From: Bacteroidales bacterium
Lineage (GTDB): Bacteria > Bacteroidota > Bacteroidia > Bacteroidales > UBA932
Length of the DNA stretch: 39,710 bases
Reading direction: 5' to 3'
NCBI GenBank assembly: GCA_017553255.1
Contig: JAFZML010000181.1
Location: 1 to 39,710 of the forward strand
How positions within the stretch are numbered: position 1 is the first letter of the stretch; every line of letters begins with the position of its first letter. The notes below the pieces were generated by a model. It searched no databases. It was not told where the DNA came from and saw only the letters and a list, made by a program, of their open reading frames with translations. A program made the translations under genes and the position numbers. This document shows positions 19,055 through 28,755 of the stretch, piece after piece.

Positions 19055-19081
19055 TGTCATTCTGAGCAAAGCGAAGAATCT
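19055..19081 (+). repeat. TGTCAT...ATCT-tagged palindromic repeat upstream of plsX
   Basis: 27-mer identical to 17892-17918, 1 nt before the plsX ATG. Confidence 0.9.
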
Positions 19082-19082
19082 T

Positions 19083-20102
19083 ATGATTAAAATTCTAATA
19101 GACTGTTTTGGCGGAGACCACTGCCCGCAGGCACCAGTAGAAGGTGCCCTGGCAGCGCTTGCAAAGAATCCTGAGCTCTATGTTCTCCTTTGCGGAGACG
19201 AGGAAATCCTCCGGAAGGAACTTGAGGGAAAGTCATTTGACAAAAGTCGCGTAGAGATTGTCCACGCCCCGGAAGTAATTGGCTGCGACGAAAAACCCAC
19301 GGACGTAGTGCGCATAAAGCGTAACTCCTCCATGATGAAAGCCATTATCCTCCTGAGAGACAGGGACGACATCTCCGCAATGGTATCCACAGGTTCCACC
19401 GGAGCGCTTGTAACCGGCGCCCTTGTACGCCTGGGCCGCATTCCCGGCGTTATCCGCCCCGCTTTTTGCCCCATCCTTCCCACAATGGACGGCGGCATAG
19501 TGGGTGTCTGCGACAGCGGCGCCAACGTGGAGGTAACTCCCGCCCACCTAAGGCAGTTTGCAATAATGTCCTCCCTTTACATGGAGAATGTTTACGGCGT
19601 CCAAAAGCCCCGCGTAGCGCTTCTGAACGTAGGAAAAGAGGCCGAGAAAGGAGACGAAACCCGTCAGGAAGCCTACAAGCTCCTTCAGGAAACGGAAGGC
19701 CTTAACTTTGTGGGCAATATGGAAAGCAGGGATCTCCTGTCTGGAAACTACAATGTTGTTGTGGCCGATGGCTTCTCCGGAAACGTCCTTGTGAAAACCA
19801 CCGAAGGCACGGCCCTGGAGCTTCTGAAAAAGTTGAAGAAGGAGATTTTCAGCCGCACAATCTATAAGATTGGCGCCCTTCTCATGAAGAAGATGTTCTC
19901 AGATATGAAGGAGTTCATGAATTACCAGAATTACGGCGGAAGCGTCCTTCTGGGCACTTCCAAGGTGGTTGTGAAGGGCCACGGCTCCTCCAAGGCCATT
20001 GCCGTTGAAAAGTGCATAGAACAGGCCTACCGCATGGAAGTGAGCGGTCTCTCTTCCAAGATTGAGGCCGAGATTTCAAAATACGATCATTACGAAGAAT
20101 AG
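19083..20102 (+). CDS. plsX: Phosphate acyltransferase PlsX
   Basis: IDCFGGDHCP, STGSTGA, DSGAN, PRVALLNVGKEAEKG, VVVADGFSGNVLVKTTEG, KGHGSS. Confidence 0.96.
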   Translation: MIKILIDCFGGDHCPQAPVEGALAALAKNPELYVLLCGDEEILRKELEGKSFDKSRVEIVHAPEVIGCDEKPTDVVRIKRNSSMMKAIILLRDRDDISAMVSTGSTGALVTGALVRLGRIPGVIRPAFCPILPTMDGGIVGVCDSGANVEVTPAHLRQFAIMSSLYMENVYGVQKPRVALLNVGKEAEKGDETRQEAYKLLQETEGLNFVGNMESRDLLSGNYNVVVADGFSGNVLVKTTEGTALELLKKLKKEIFSRTIYKIGALLMKKMFSDMKEFMNYQNYGGSVLLGTSKVVVKGHGSSKAIAVEKCIEQAYRMEVSGLSSKIEAEISKYDHYEE

Positions 20103-20104
20103 AT

Positions 20105-20338
20105 ATGTTCGAGAAAGTACAAGCAATCCTGGCAAAGCAGCTTCGCCTGGACCCTTCCAAGATTACTCCCCAGTCACTTATAAAGAAAGACCTTGGCGCA
20201 GACTCCCTTGATATCCTCCAGCTCCTTATGAGGATTGAGGACCAGTACGGCATTGTGATCCCGGATCAGGCTCTTGCCAAATTCGAGACCGTGGCCGATG
20301 TTGTGGCTTATCTTGAGAAGCAGGAAATAAAGCTTTAA
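20105..20338 (+). CDS. Acyl carrier protein
   Basis: 77 aa, DLGADSLD phosphopantetheine site. Confidence 0.93.
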   Translation: MFEKVQAILAKQLRLDPSKITPQSLIKKDLGADSLDILQLLMRIEDQYGIVIPDQALAKFETVADVVAYLEKQEIKL

Positions 20339-21990
20339 CCCCCGATAAACTCTCTCAGGAGGGACGTAGCTGGAATCTCTTTATCCGGCACCGGCGTAAA
20401 GTAATGGATAAACTTCAGGAGCCGGTGTGATTCACTGTATTCCGGGCAGTTCTGGGGAACGCTGCGGAGAATGGGCTCTGCGTGGTTCTTGAGCACCGCA
20501 AACTCAATGAGATAGGCGCTGTTGAACATAACGTCTGCCATTTCCTGATATGGATAGATCCACTTTTCCTCTGCGTCAAGGACGTTTTGCCAGTTGGAGA
20601 TGGATTCCCGGGCAGTAAAGGCTCCCTTGTTGTAATCACGGACAATGCGCCTGAGGAGGCGGTTGTCACTTGTGGGAATGGCGTTGTGGTCGTCCAGATT
20701 GGTTCCGGTAAGGGTGTTGATGAAAATCCTGAACTTGGCTTCATCTGGAATATCTGAGGTGAGCGCAGGATTAAGGGCGTGGATACCTTCAATGAGGAGT
20801 ATACTCCCCTCTTCCAGCTTGAGGTGCTTGCCATTGTATTCCCTAAGACCTGTTACAAAGTTGTATTCCGGGACATTTACCTCTTCACCATTAATGAGCG
20901 CCATGATGTCTTTCTCCATCAGGGCATGGTCTACGGTGTCAAAATTGTCAAAATCGTATGAGCCGTCCGGGAACTTGGGGGTGTCTACGCGGTTAACAAA
21001 ATAGTCGTCCGTAGACATTGAGATGGGCTTGAGACCACAGGCTTTGAGCTGGATGGAGAGCCTTTTGCAGAAAGTGGTTTTACCGGAAGAAGACGGGCCT
21101 GTGATAAGAACCACCTTCAGAGGGGTTTCACAGCGGTTGCGGCGGTCTATTTCCTCTGCAATCTTAACAATTTTCTTTTCCTGCAGGGCTTCCGCTATCT
21201 GGATAAGCTCACTGGCGTGACCGTTTATGAATGCCAGATTAACGTCTCCTACGGTATTGAGGCCCATGATTATGTTCCAGCGAAGCGCTTCCTTGAACAT
21301 CTCATAGGTTTTGGGCTGGTCCACAAAATCTGCCACCTTTGAGGGATCCTTCCTGGAAGGGCCAAGGAGCACAAGACCGTCCTTATAGGGTTTTATATCC
21401 CAAACGGAGAGGTATCCGGTGCTGGGGACAAGCTTTCCGTAATAGTAATCTGAGGTTTCTCCAAGGGTGTAGTAATCCGTATAAGCTTCTCCGCTGGTTT
21501 CCAGGAGCTTAACCTTATCCATATAGCCGCTCTTGCGGAATTCCTTTATGGCTTTGTCTGTTTGGACATCGTAGCGGTGGAAGGGCATATCCAGTGCCAC
21601 AAGTTCCTTCATCCTTGCCTCAATTGCAATAATGTCCTCTGGCGTTATGTCGGAATTATCGGCCTTCCTTAAATGAATGAAAATTCCGTGGCCGATAGGA
21701 TGCTCCATATAGAGCTTGATTTCAGGGAAGACGTCTACTGCAGCCTTGTACAGTAAAAAAGCAAGCGAGCGGCAATACACTCTCATTCCGCTCGCTTCAC
21801 GGACGTCCATGAATTCTACGTCCTTATTTTGATATACCTTGAATTTCAGGCCCTGGGACACGTTGTTCACCTTTGCAGACACGGCAGGGTAAGGAAGGCT
21901 GGGGTTAAACTCAGAGAGCATCTGGGCAAGAGAAGTGCCCTCAGGAAAACGCTTTGACTCTTTGGTGTTCTTGCAATAGACCTGTACCAT
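20335..21990 (-). CDS. Nucleoside (uridine) kinase family protein with ThrRS-like N-terminal domain
   Basis: ITGPSSSGKTTF, DDYF, IEGIHALNP, DNRLLRRIVRD, SLLREFIGG. Confidence 0.9.
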   Translation of the reverse strand: MVQVYCKNTKESKRFPEGTSLAQMLSEFNPSLPYPAVSAKVNNVSQGLKFKVYQNKDVEFMDVREASGMRVYCRSLAFLLYKAAVDVFPEIKLYMEHPIGHGIFIHLRKADNSDITPEDIIAIEARMKELVALDMPFHRYDVQTDKAIKEFRKSGYMDKVKLLETSGEAYTDYYTLGETSDYYYGKLVPSTGYLSVWDIKPYKDGLVLLGPSRKDPSKVADFVDQPKTYEMFKEALRWNIIMGLNTVGDVNLAFINGHASELIQIAEALQEKKIVKIAEEIDRRNRCETPLKVVLITGPSSSGKTTFCKRLSIQLKACGLKPISMSTDDYFVNRVDTPKFPDGSYDFDNFDTVDHALMEKDIMALINGEEVNVPEYNFVTGLREYNGKHLKLEEGSILLIEGIHALNPALTSDIPDEAKFRIFINTLTGTNLDDHNAIPTSDNRLLRRIVRDYNKGAFTARESISNWQNVLDAEEKWIYPYQEMADVMFNSAYLIEFAVLKNHAEPILRSVPQNCPEYSESHRLLKFIHYFTPVPDKEIPATSLLREFIGG

Positions 21991-22013
21991 GGTTGCCTTG
22001 AAATTTAATGGGG

Positions 22014-22021
22014 CAAAGGTA
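22014..22021 (-). promoter_or_regulatory. Bacteroidota -7 promoter element (TACCTTTG) for the kinase gene
   Basis: TAnnTTTG on the minus strand 24 nt upstream of ATG 21990. Confidence 0.6.
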
Positions 22022-22038
22022 CTAAAACTGAGCCTAAA

Positions 22039-23139
22039 TTACAATAGCGGACCGGCGTAAATTTTAAGCAAAATCTCTTTGAGTTCCCTGGGATAATCCC
22101 TGGATATATCCTCTATGTACTTTTTGAAAGCCTTGAGCTCTGAGTCTGTGTAGGAATAGGAACGTTTGCCGCTAAGGATGTCCTTTGCCATGTAATTGGT
22201 GGGCCAGAGGCGGTACGCGGCCTTGATACGGCTGTCTATGAGGGCCGCCACTTCCCTGTTGAAGGCCGATGAACTAAGCCCCCTCAGGGCTTCAAGCTCT
22301 TCCCTGCGGAGGGGCTCCGTAACGGCAAGGTGTACCCTCCCCTTCTTCTGGGTGATGCCCGTTAGGATGGAATTGAGGTCCTCTCCCGGTTTTTTTACGT
22401 AGGGCTGCCCGGAGGACTTTGCATAAAGCTCCAGTGCCTTAAGGAGGTCACAGGGCTCCCATTCGTATGATATTGCAAGTGGGCAGATATTCAGGCTTGC
22501 AATGGCTTCCACCTTATCAGGACCGCCGCTAAGGCCGAACATCTTGATAATACCCTGATCCGTGGCGTCTATTCCGTCCTTTGTTCGGCCATTCCTCTGG
22601 GCTATCCATACGCTCTCATGCTTTTCACTTATTGCGTAATGGATGTACTCTGAGACATAGCGTGACTTGAGAAGGAAATCCCTTGGAGAAGTAACCGTGG
22701 TGGGCCTTTCTATACGGAACATCTTGTTGCTCTTGCCGGTGTCTATGACCAGCTGGCCCTGCATGAGATTTGCCCCGAAAGTTATTTCTGAGGTGCGCCT
22801 GCCTGCATCCAGCAGGAGAACCTGCAGGAAGGCGGCGTCAAGCATGATGTCACGGTGATTGGACACAAAGAGGTAATCCGTGCCTGGATCCAGCCTTTCC
22901 ATGCCCTCCACGGACAGGCCGTCCGTGGTTTTGGCTACAAGTGAATATATTGCCTTATACATGAAGCGGCGCTGGAATTCCTCCGTGGTGCGACAGCTCC
23001 CGATGATTCCCGCTATCTCATGAACGGGCTTTTCCGGGAACAGGAAATCACATACAAGGGGGAAATATTTATCCTGCACCATCCTCTGCATTGCTGCAGG
23101 GATTTCAGAATCATTATACGGCCTGATATCGTCAAACAT
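22039..23139 (-). CDS. Glycerolipid acyltransferase (PlsC/LPLAT superfamily)
   Basis: SNHRDIMLD (HX4D), WIAQRNGRTKDGID, ISYEWEPCD. Confidence 0.88.
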   Translation of the reverse strand: MFDDIRPYNDSEIPAAMQRMVQDKYFPLVCDFLFPEKPVHEIAGIIGSCRTTEEFQRRFMYKAIYSLVAKTTDGLSVEGMERLDPGTDYLFVSNHRDIMLDAAFLQVLLLDAGRRTSEITFGANLMQGQLVIDTGKSNKMFRIERPTTVTSPRDFLLKSRYVSEYIHYAISEKHESVWIAQRNGRTKDGIDATDQGIIKMFGLSGGPDKVEAIASLNICPLAISYEWEPCDLLKALELYAKSSGQPYVKKPGEDLNSILTGITQKKGRVHLAVTEPLRREELEALRGLSSSAFNREVAALIDSRIKAAYRLWPTNYMAKDILSGKRSYSYTDSELKAFKKYIEDISRDYPRELKEILLKIYAGPLL

Positions 23140-24433
23140 GCTTTTTTCTCAGATCAATAAATTTGACTGGTTTGCGGGACTTGGCCGGATAATTAATGGC
23201 CGATATCTCAGGCACGGGGAGAGTCTCTACGCGCGGGGCAACCCTTATCCTTGAGCGGAAACGGTCCTTGAGATCCTTCACATAATCAAAGTCCGGCGTA
23301 TATTTAAGGCCTATTTTTACAAGGACATCATCCGTACCTGCATCTGAATCCAGAACCTCTATGACGTAGTTTTCCACGTAAGGGGTGTTGTCCAGGACGT
23401 CGTTGAGTGCCGGCGGATAAAGGGTTGTGCCCTTGAGCTTGATCATGTTGTTCTTCCTGCCCACTATAGGAGTAAGGCGGTAGCTGTTTCTGCCGCATTT
23501 GCAGGGTTCTGTGATTTTGGCGGCCATGTCTCCGGTGCGGAACCTGAGAAGGGGCATCCCCTCCACGCCAAGAGTGGTAATTACAATCTCTCCCACTTCA
23601 CCGTCCTTCACTGGAAGATTGTCCTCCCCTATGATTTCAACGATTATAAGTTCCGGGTGGACGTGACCTCCGCAGCCGTAGGGGCACTCAGAGAATGTGG
23701 CGCTCATCTCTGTGGAAGAATATGTGGCGTACAATTCAACGTCCCATTTCTCCTTGATGCGGCGGCCAAGGAGGTTAAGTGAGAAATCCTGCTCCCTCAT
23801 ACCCTCACCTATGCCGATAATGCGCTTGATGGAGGAGTTCTTGTAATCTATACCGTGGTCTTCGGCCCATTGTATCAGGCGCAGGATGAAGGACGGAACG
23901 CACATGATGGTGTCCGGTTTCAGGCGCTGGATGCTGTCCCACTGAAGCTCCGGGATGCCGTTTCCTACGCGGATGACGCCGGCACCAAGCTCCCTCAGGC
24001 CAAGGAAATAAGCCATTCCGGCCATGAAACGCTTATCCAGGGTAACCATGAGCTGGACTATGCTTTCCGGGCCTAATCCGGCGCAGGCAAAGCTCTTCTT
24101 TTCATTGAGTGCAAGGCGCTGGAGGTCTTTGTCCGTGCAGCCGAAGGTCACGGGATCTCCCATTGTGCCGGAGGTGGTGATATAGTCAATTATCTTCTCC
24201 TTGGGCACGCAGAGGAATTCCTCATTGAACAGCTGGAGGTCCTTTTTTTCCGTGAATGGAATTGCCTTCAGGTCCTCTATGGTCTTAATACGGGAAATGT
24301 CTATATGGCACTTACGGAACAATCTCTGGTAATACTTGGAGTGGGCCTGCAGGTATTCCAGAGCATCTTTCAGACGTCCTTCCTGGAAGTTTTTTATCTC
24401 TTCCGGGCTTTTGAACTCTATATCTGTATTCAT
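23132..24433 (-). CDS. Phenylacetate-CoA ligase-family AMP-dependent ligase
   Basis: TTSGTMGDP, YSSTE, PLLRFRTGD, CKCGR, GRKNNMIKLKG. Confidence 0.9.
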   Translation of the reverse strand: MNTDIEFKSPEEIKNFQEGRLKDALEYLQAHSKYYQRLFRKCHIDISRIKTIEDLKAIPFTEKKDLQLFNEEFLCVPKEKIIDYITTSGTMGDPVTFGCTDKDLQRLALNEKKSFACAGLGPESIVQLMVTLDKRFMAGMAYFLGLRELGAGVIRVGNGIPELQWDSIQRLKPDTIMCVPSFILRLIQWAEDHGIDYKNSSIKRIIGIGEGMREQDFSLNLLGRRIKEKWDVELYATYSSTEMSATFSECPYGCGGHVHPELIIVEIIGEDNLPVKDGEVGEIVITTLGVEGMPLLRFRTGDMAAKITEPCKCGRNSYRLTPIVGRKNNMIKLKGTTLYPPALNDVLDNTPYVENYVIEVLDSDAGTDDVLVKIGLKYTPDFDYVKDLKDRFRSRIRVAPRVETLPVPEISAINYPAKSRKPVKFIDLRKKHV

Positions 24434-25300
24434 TTAGAAAGACATGTTGTGGAGCCAGGTGATGAACTCCTGGAACCAGCCTTCAGTTTCCTCACTGTAC
24501 TTTTCAGGGTTGGCGCCAAAGCCGTGGCCACCCTCATTGTACTGGATATAGTGATGAGGCACGTGGGATGCGCTCAGGGCCGAGTCCAGAAGAACGGAGT
24601 TGTGGTAATCCACAACGTCGTCGTCCTGGCAGTTAAGGATAAATACGGGGGGCATATCGGCCCTGGTGTGGAGCTCTACGGAAAGATAATCACGGAGATC
24701 CTTCTTGCCGGTGTTGCGTTCTCCCAGAAGGCCCAGGCGGGAACGCTTGTGGACGTAACGGTCATCGGTCATTGTAACAACCGGATATATTGCGGCGGCA
24801 AAGTCCGGGCGCAGGGACACGGCGGGTTTGAGCTTGTATTTCTCAAGGAAGTTGGTGTCATAATACTCTGCGCTCATCATGGCAAGGTGGCCGCCGGCGC
24901 TGAAGCCGATGACGCCCAGAGGGCAGCTGTAACGGGTACGGACTATCTGGATGGCCCTCTGGAGGTCACAGATCATATCAGGATGACGGTGGCCCCTGAG
25001 GACGCTGCGGTACTTGGATACAAACTCCAGTTTACCTGCAACGCGGTAACGGAGGAGATATGCCACATAGCCTTCTTCCGCGAGAGCCTTTGCCACCATC
25101 TCACCCTCTGACTTCTGGTCCAGCCAGTGATAGCTGCCGCCGGGGCAGATTATGATGGCTGCACGCGGCTCCCCTTCCGGAAGATATTCAGTGAGGGTAA
25201 CCTGTTTTGCATTGCAGGACGTTCCGTCCCAAATTTTGATCTGTGCCTGCGCCAAAAGCGGTAGAAGCACTGCCGTGAGAATCAGAATAAACCTTTTCAT
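24434..25300 (-). CDS. Secreted alpha/beta hydrolase (esterase)
   Basis: Signal peptide, ICPGGSY, GFSAGGH nucleophile motif, DDVV, GGHGFG. Confidence 0.88.
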   Translation of the reverse strand: MKRFILILTAVLLPLLAQAQIKIWDGTSCNAKQVTLTEYLPEGEPRAAIIICPGGSYHWLDQKSEGEMVAKALAEEGYVAYLLRYRVAGKLEFVSKYRSVLRGHRHPDMICDLQRAIQIVRTRYSCPLGVIGFSAGGHLAMMSAEYYDTNFLEKYKLKPAVSLRPDFAAAIYPVVTMTDDRYVHKRSRLGLLGERNTGKKDLRDYLSVELHTRADMPPVFILNCQDDDVVDYHNSVLLDSALSASHVPHHYIQYNEGGHGFGANPEKYSEETEGWFQEFITWLHNMSF

Positions 25301-25313
25301 ACACGAATATATA

Positions 25314-27995
25314 TCATTTTTTGTACCAATCCAAGTAAAAATGCCTCATTTGACGTGTAAACGCCCTTATTTCGGCGTCTTTCGGCACTTTGAGGCGCCC
25401 GCCTACCTCCAGGCTCAAACGGCCCTTCCTGAGGAAGAAATCGTGCTTTGGAAGGACATCGGAGAATCCCCTTATGCATAGCGGAAGCATTTCTACGTCA
25501 TTTTCCTGTGCTGTAAGGAATGCTCCACGGTGGAAGCGGAGAATCTCCCCGTCAAGGCTGCGCGTTCCTTCCGGGAATATCACAATGGAGTATCCTCTGC
25601 CAAGAAGGTTTTTCACGTGCTCCGCGTTCCCGAAATGTCCGTTGGCCGCCGGGTAAAACTCCGCCTTTCGGAGGATATACCTGTACAGCGGGAAGTTCCA
25701 TACCCATTCATTTGTGGTGAAAACAAGCTTGGGATTCAGGGCCATGATGGCAAGGACATCAAGGTGGCTCTGGTGATTGCATACGTAGATGGCGGGCCTG
25801 GAGAAATCCTCTCCGTGAGGGTTAAGGAGGGTATATTTAGCACCGGGAACGGTGTAGATTGCAAGTTTGGATATCTTTTGGATTACTTTGTGGAAGCGCA
25901 GCCTCTTTTCCTCAGTATTCTTGCCGATAAGGAAGAAAAGATTGGCCCACAGTATGAGGCCGCCCATGACAATCCCGTACAGGAGGCAGATCCAGCCGGT
26001 TTTGAGAATGGAGCCTATTGTAACGGGACTCCTGCGGGGCTGGCCCTTCTTTGTTGTGGACCAGTGGAACAGCACCGGAGGAATGTAGCAGGCCATCACC
26101 ACCACGGTAATCATGCCTATCACCGTCACAAGACCAAGGGAGCGCATTGCGGGATGCTTTGCGAAGGCCAGCACGCCTATGCCGATAAACATAATGAGGG
26201 CGCTCAGGACCACGGCGTTCTTGAATGAATGCAGAATCTTCTTCCCGGTTCTGTACTCATACAGGAGGCCTTCCGTAATGAAGATGGTGTAGTCGTCCCC
26301 CATTCCGAATATGAACGTGGCAAGAATAATGTTCACTATGTTGAAGCTGAGCCCCGTTAGGCCCATTATTCCTTCAATCCATATCCAGCTTACAGCCAGC
26401 GGCAGGAATGCCACCACGGCAATGGAGAAGCTCTTGAAGCTTAGGATAAGGAATAGGAAAACAATGACGGAGCACACAAGGCCGATAGTGTTGAAATCCT
26501 CATTGAGGGCCTCTACAAGGCTGGCCTGGGGCTCTTTGGCGTACTCCCTGTCAAGTGAGTCAAAGAAAGGCTGGAAAGCATGTGCCGTAAACCCGTGCCT
26601 TAATCCTGCGGCAACAAGGGTGTCCGCCAGTGCAGGGTACTTATCGGCTAGAAGTACCCATCCGTCATGCCCGACCTGATCGGGCATCTCCTGCAATGCC
26701 TCCAGCACTGCAAACCCCCTCTCCTCATCTGCCGTCATGTAGTTGATATTATGGAGGTTTGTGTCAAACCCCGTTTTCCTGCCCTGGAAGGCAAAGAATA
26801 CGGTGACAGCAATGAAGGCCCAGAATATGGCCGTGCGGGTTTTCTTCCCGGGATTCAGGAACCTGTCAATGTCCAGTTTGAGGGTATTCCTGGGGGCCTT
26901 TGCCTCCGGGACAAACACCGGGAGGAAAAAGAGCACAAAGACTATGGTACCAAGAAGCATCATTGCCCCAATGAAGCCAAAGTCCCTGAGTGCCGGTGCT
27001 TTCATGAGGAGAAGGCCCAGGAATGCGCCTACGGTGGTGATATTGCCTGTAAGAAGGGGCTCTACCTGCTGGGCAAGCGCTTCCCTTCTGTTTGGCTCAT
27101 ACTTAAGGTGATCCACGTAATGGAGCGGGTAATTAACCGCTATCCCTATTACCGTGCAGCCTATCCCAAGGATAATGATGGATATGCTGGGACGGAACAG
27201 AGCAATTATTCCAAGGGCGAAAACGGCGCCGAACGCTATGGAAATGAGTATCCACAGAACATCCTGGAAGCGTTTGTAGCTGAACCAAAGCACAATGCAT
27301 ATAAGAAGCGCTGCAATGGCCAGGGCCAGGAAAGAATCTTTCTTGATGCGGCTGGAGTTCTCTACGGCAACCTCAGGACCGCCCGTGGAATAGATATGGA
27401 CTGAAGGGTAAGAGGCCTGGATGGCAGCCTTGACGGTACTCAGGCTGTCTATGAGCTCAGCGTTTTTGGCGCTTTCACTGCCTCCGTAAGGAGAGTCAAA
27501 GAAGATTATGCCGGTTTCTCCATCCTGGGTGAAGATATATCCGTCTTCAATCCTTACCTGAGGGGCCGATGAATTAAGCCTCAGAGGGTCCTGTCTCACA
27601 TAATTGGAAAGGACGGGATTGGGAGACAAAAGGAGAGCTTTGTCCTCCTCAAGAACCTTGTCTATGTATCCGGGAATGGAAAGGAGGGAATCTATCCTTG
27701 CAGGGTCCGGATTAATGGAGAGAAGATCCATATCGGCCGATGGCATATCCCAGCTGAGGTCAAACTCATACATTGCATCAAGCTTTTCCTCCAGGGTGCC
27801 GCCTTCAAAAAGTACAGCCATCTTTTCCTGCCCCTTAACATCCTGATTCTGAGGAAGAAAATCCGTGATATCCTCATTGAAGGACAGCCTGGAGGCACTT
27901 AGGGCGCAAAGCCCGGCAATAAGCACAAGGATAACTGCGGCCAGGGGTTTTCTACCTGACAGGAAATCATAGATATGCAGGATAAAGCCTTTCAT
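25314..27995 (-). CDS. MMPL-family exporter fused to C-terminal PlsC-type acyltransferase
   Basis: GIAVNYPLH and GMGDDYTIF MMPL motifs; C-terminal NHQSHLD and IFPEGTRS. Confidence 0.9.
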   Translation of the reverse strand: MKGFILHIYDFLSGRKPLAAVILVLIAGLCALSASRLSFNEDITDFLPQNQDVKGQEKMAVLFEGGTLEEKLDAMYEFDLSWDMPSADMDLLSINPDPARIDSLLSIPGYIDKVLEEDKALLLSPNPVLSNYVRQDPLRLNSSAPQVRIEDGYIFTQDGETGIIFFDSPYGGSESAKNAELIDSLSTVKAAIQASYPSVHIYSTGGPEVAVENSSRIKKDSFLALAIAALLICIVLWFSYKRFQDVLWILISIAFGAVFALGIIALFRPSISIIILGIGCTVIGIAVNYPLHYVDHLKYEPNRREALAQQVEPLLTGNITTVGAFLGLLLMKAPALRDFGFIGAMMLLGTIVFVLFFLPVFVPEAKAPRNTLKLDIDRFLNPGKKTRTAIFWAFIAVTVFFAFQGRKTGFDTNLHNINYMTADEERGFAVLEALQEMPDQVGHDGWVLLADKYPALADTLVAAGLRHGFTAHAFQPFFDSLDREYAKEPQASLVEALNEDFNTIGLVCSVIVFLFLILSFKSFSIAVVAFLPLAVSWIWIEGIMGLTGLSFNIVNIILATFIFGMGDDYTIFITEGLLYEYRTGKKILHSFKNAVVLSALIMFIGIGVLAFAKHPAMRSLGLVTVIGMITVVVMACYIPPVLFHWSTTKKGQPRRSPVTIGSILKTGWICLLYGIVMGGLILWANLFFLIGKNTEEKRLRFHKVIQKISKLAIYTVPGAKYTLLNPHGEDFSRPAIYVCNHQSHLDVLAIMALNPKLVFTTNEWVWNFPLYRYILRKAEFYPAANGHFGNAEHVKNLLGRGYSIVIFPEGTRSLDGEILRFHRGAFLTAQENDVEMLPLCIRGFSDVLPKHDFFLRKGRLSLEVGGRLKVPKDAEIRAFTRQMRHFYLDWYKK

Positions 27996-28006
27996 TCCTT
28001 ATCCTA

Positions 28007-28014
28007 CAAAGATA
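28007..28014 (-). promoter_or_regulatory. Internal -7 promoter element (TATCTTTG) before the MMPL-PlsC gene
   Basis: TAnnTTTG in the only sizeable intergenic gap of the cluster, 11 nt from the ATG. Confidence 0.5.
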
Positions 28015-28029
28015 ATAAAAAATGGGGAT

Positions 28030-28755
28030 TTACCTAAACAGCTTTTGGAAAAGAATTCTGGGCCAGCCGTATAGGATTGCCATAAAAAGGCACAGTATGT
28101 TAAGAAGGGTGATACGCATGAAATCCCGGAACGGGCGGAAATGGGACACCCTGTCTTCCGGATAATTCACCCTTACCTGAACGGGAACAAGCCTGAGGCC
28201 ATTCCAGGCGCTGAAAAGAAGGAGAGAAAGCTCTGCCTCATAGCGGGCGCCCATTACGCGGAGAGATGGCAATGAAGCCAGAGGATACAGCCTGAAACCG
28301 GTCTGTGTGTCAGGAAGGTTTATGCCGGTGTATGCCTTGAACCAAAAGTTGGAGAAGCGGTTTGCAAAAGAGCCTCCGGCATTGGCTCCGCGTGTGGTTC
28401 TGGAACCAACCACAATGGTTCTCTCCCCTTTGTGCGCAAGAAGAAGCGGAATGTCTTCCGGGTAATGCTGGCCGTCGGAATCAAGGGTTACGGCATAGCT
28501 GTAGCCGTTTTCACGGGCCCACTTGAAGGCTGTTTTGAGGGCTGCGCCCTTACCCATGTTCTTGGGGTGGGTTAAAACCGTGAGAAGAGATTGCCGGTCG
28601 GGGCCGGCAATGACGGAAAGGATGGATTTGGTGTCATCGGTAGAGCCATCGTCAACCACAACAAGGGGAAGGCCGATAAGGAGGCATCGGCCCAGAACAT
28701 CCTTAAGTGTTCCGGCGTTGTTGTAAGTGGGGATGATGACTACTGTGTCCGTCAT
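28030..28755 (-). CDS. Family 2 glycosyltransferase
   Basis: VIIPTYNNA, VVDDGSTD, NMGKGAAL, LDSDGQH, DTQTGFRLY, SHFRPFRDF. Confidence 0.93.
   Translation of the reverse strand: MTDTVVIIPTYNNAGTLKDVLGRCLLIGLPLVVVDDGSTDDTKSILSVIAGPDRQSLLTVLTHPKNMGKGAALKTAFKWARENGYSYAVTLDSDGQHYPEDIPLLLAHKGERTIVVGSRTTRGANAGGSFANRFSNFWFKAYTGINLPDTQTGFRLYPLASLPSLRVMGARYEAELSLLLFSAWNGLRLVPVQVRVNYPEDRVSHFRPFRDFMRITLLNILCLFMAILYGWPRILFQKLFR
28588..28614 (-). repeat. In-frame GTCAT...ATCT palindromic repeat inside the GT2 gene
   Basis: gtcATTGCCGGccccgaCCGGCAATct, exactly 9 codons (VIAGPDRQS). Confidence 0.85.

Noticed and set aside
20335-21990. ThrRS-like domain fused to a nucleoside kinase as a novelty
   Set aside because: This is a common, already known architecture in anaerobic Bacteroidota and Firmicutes.
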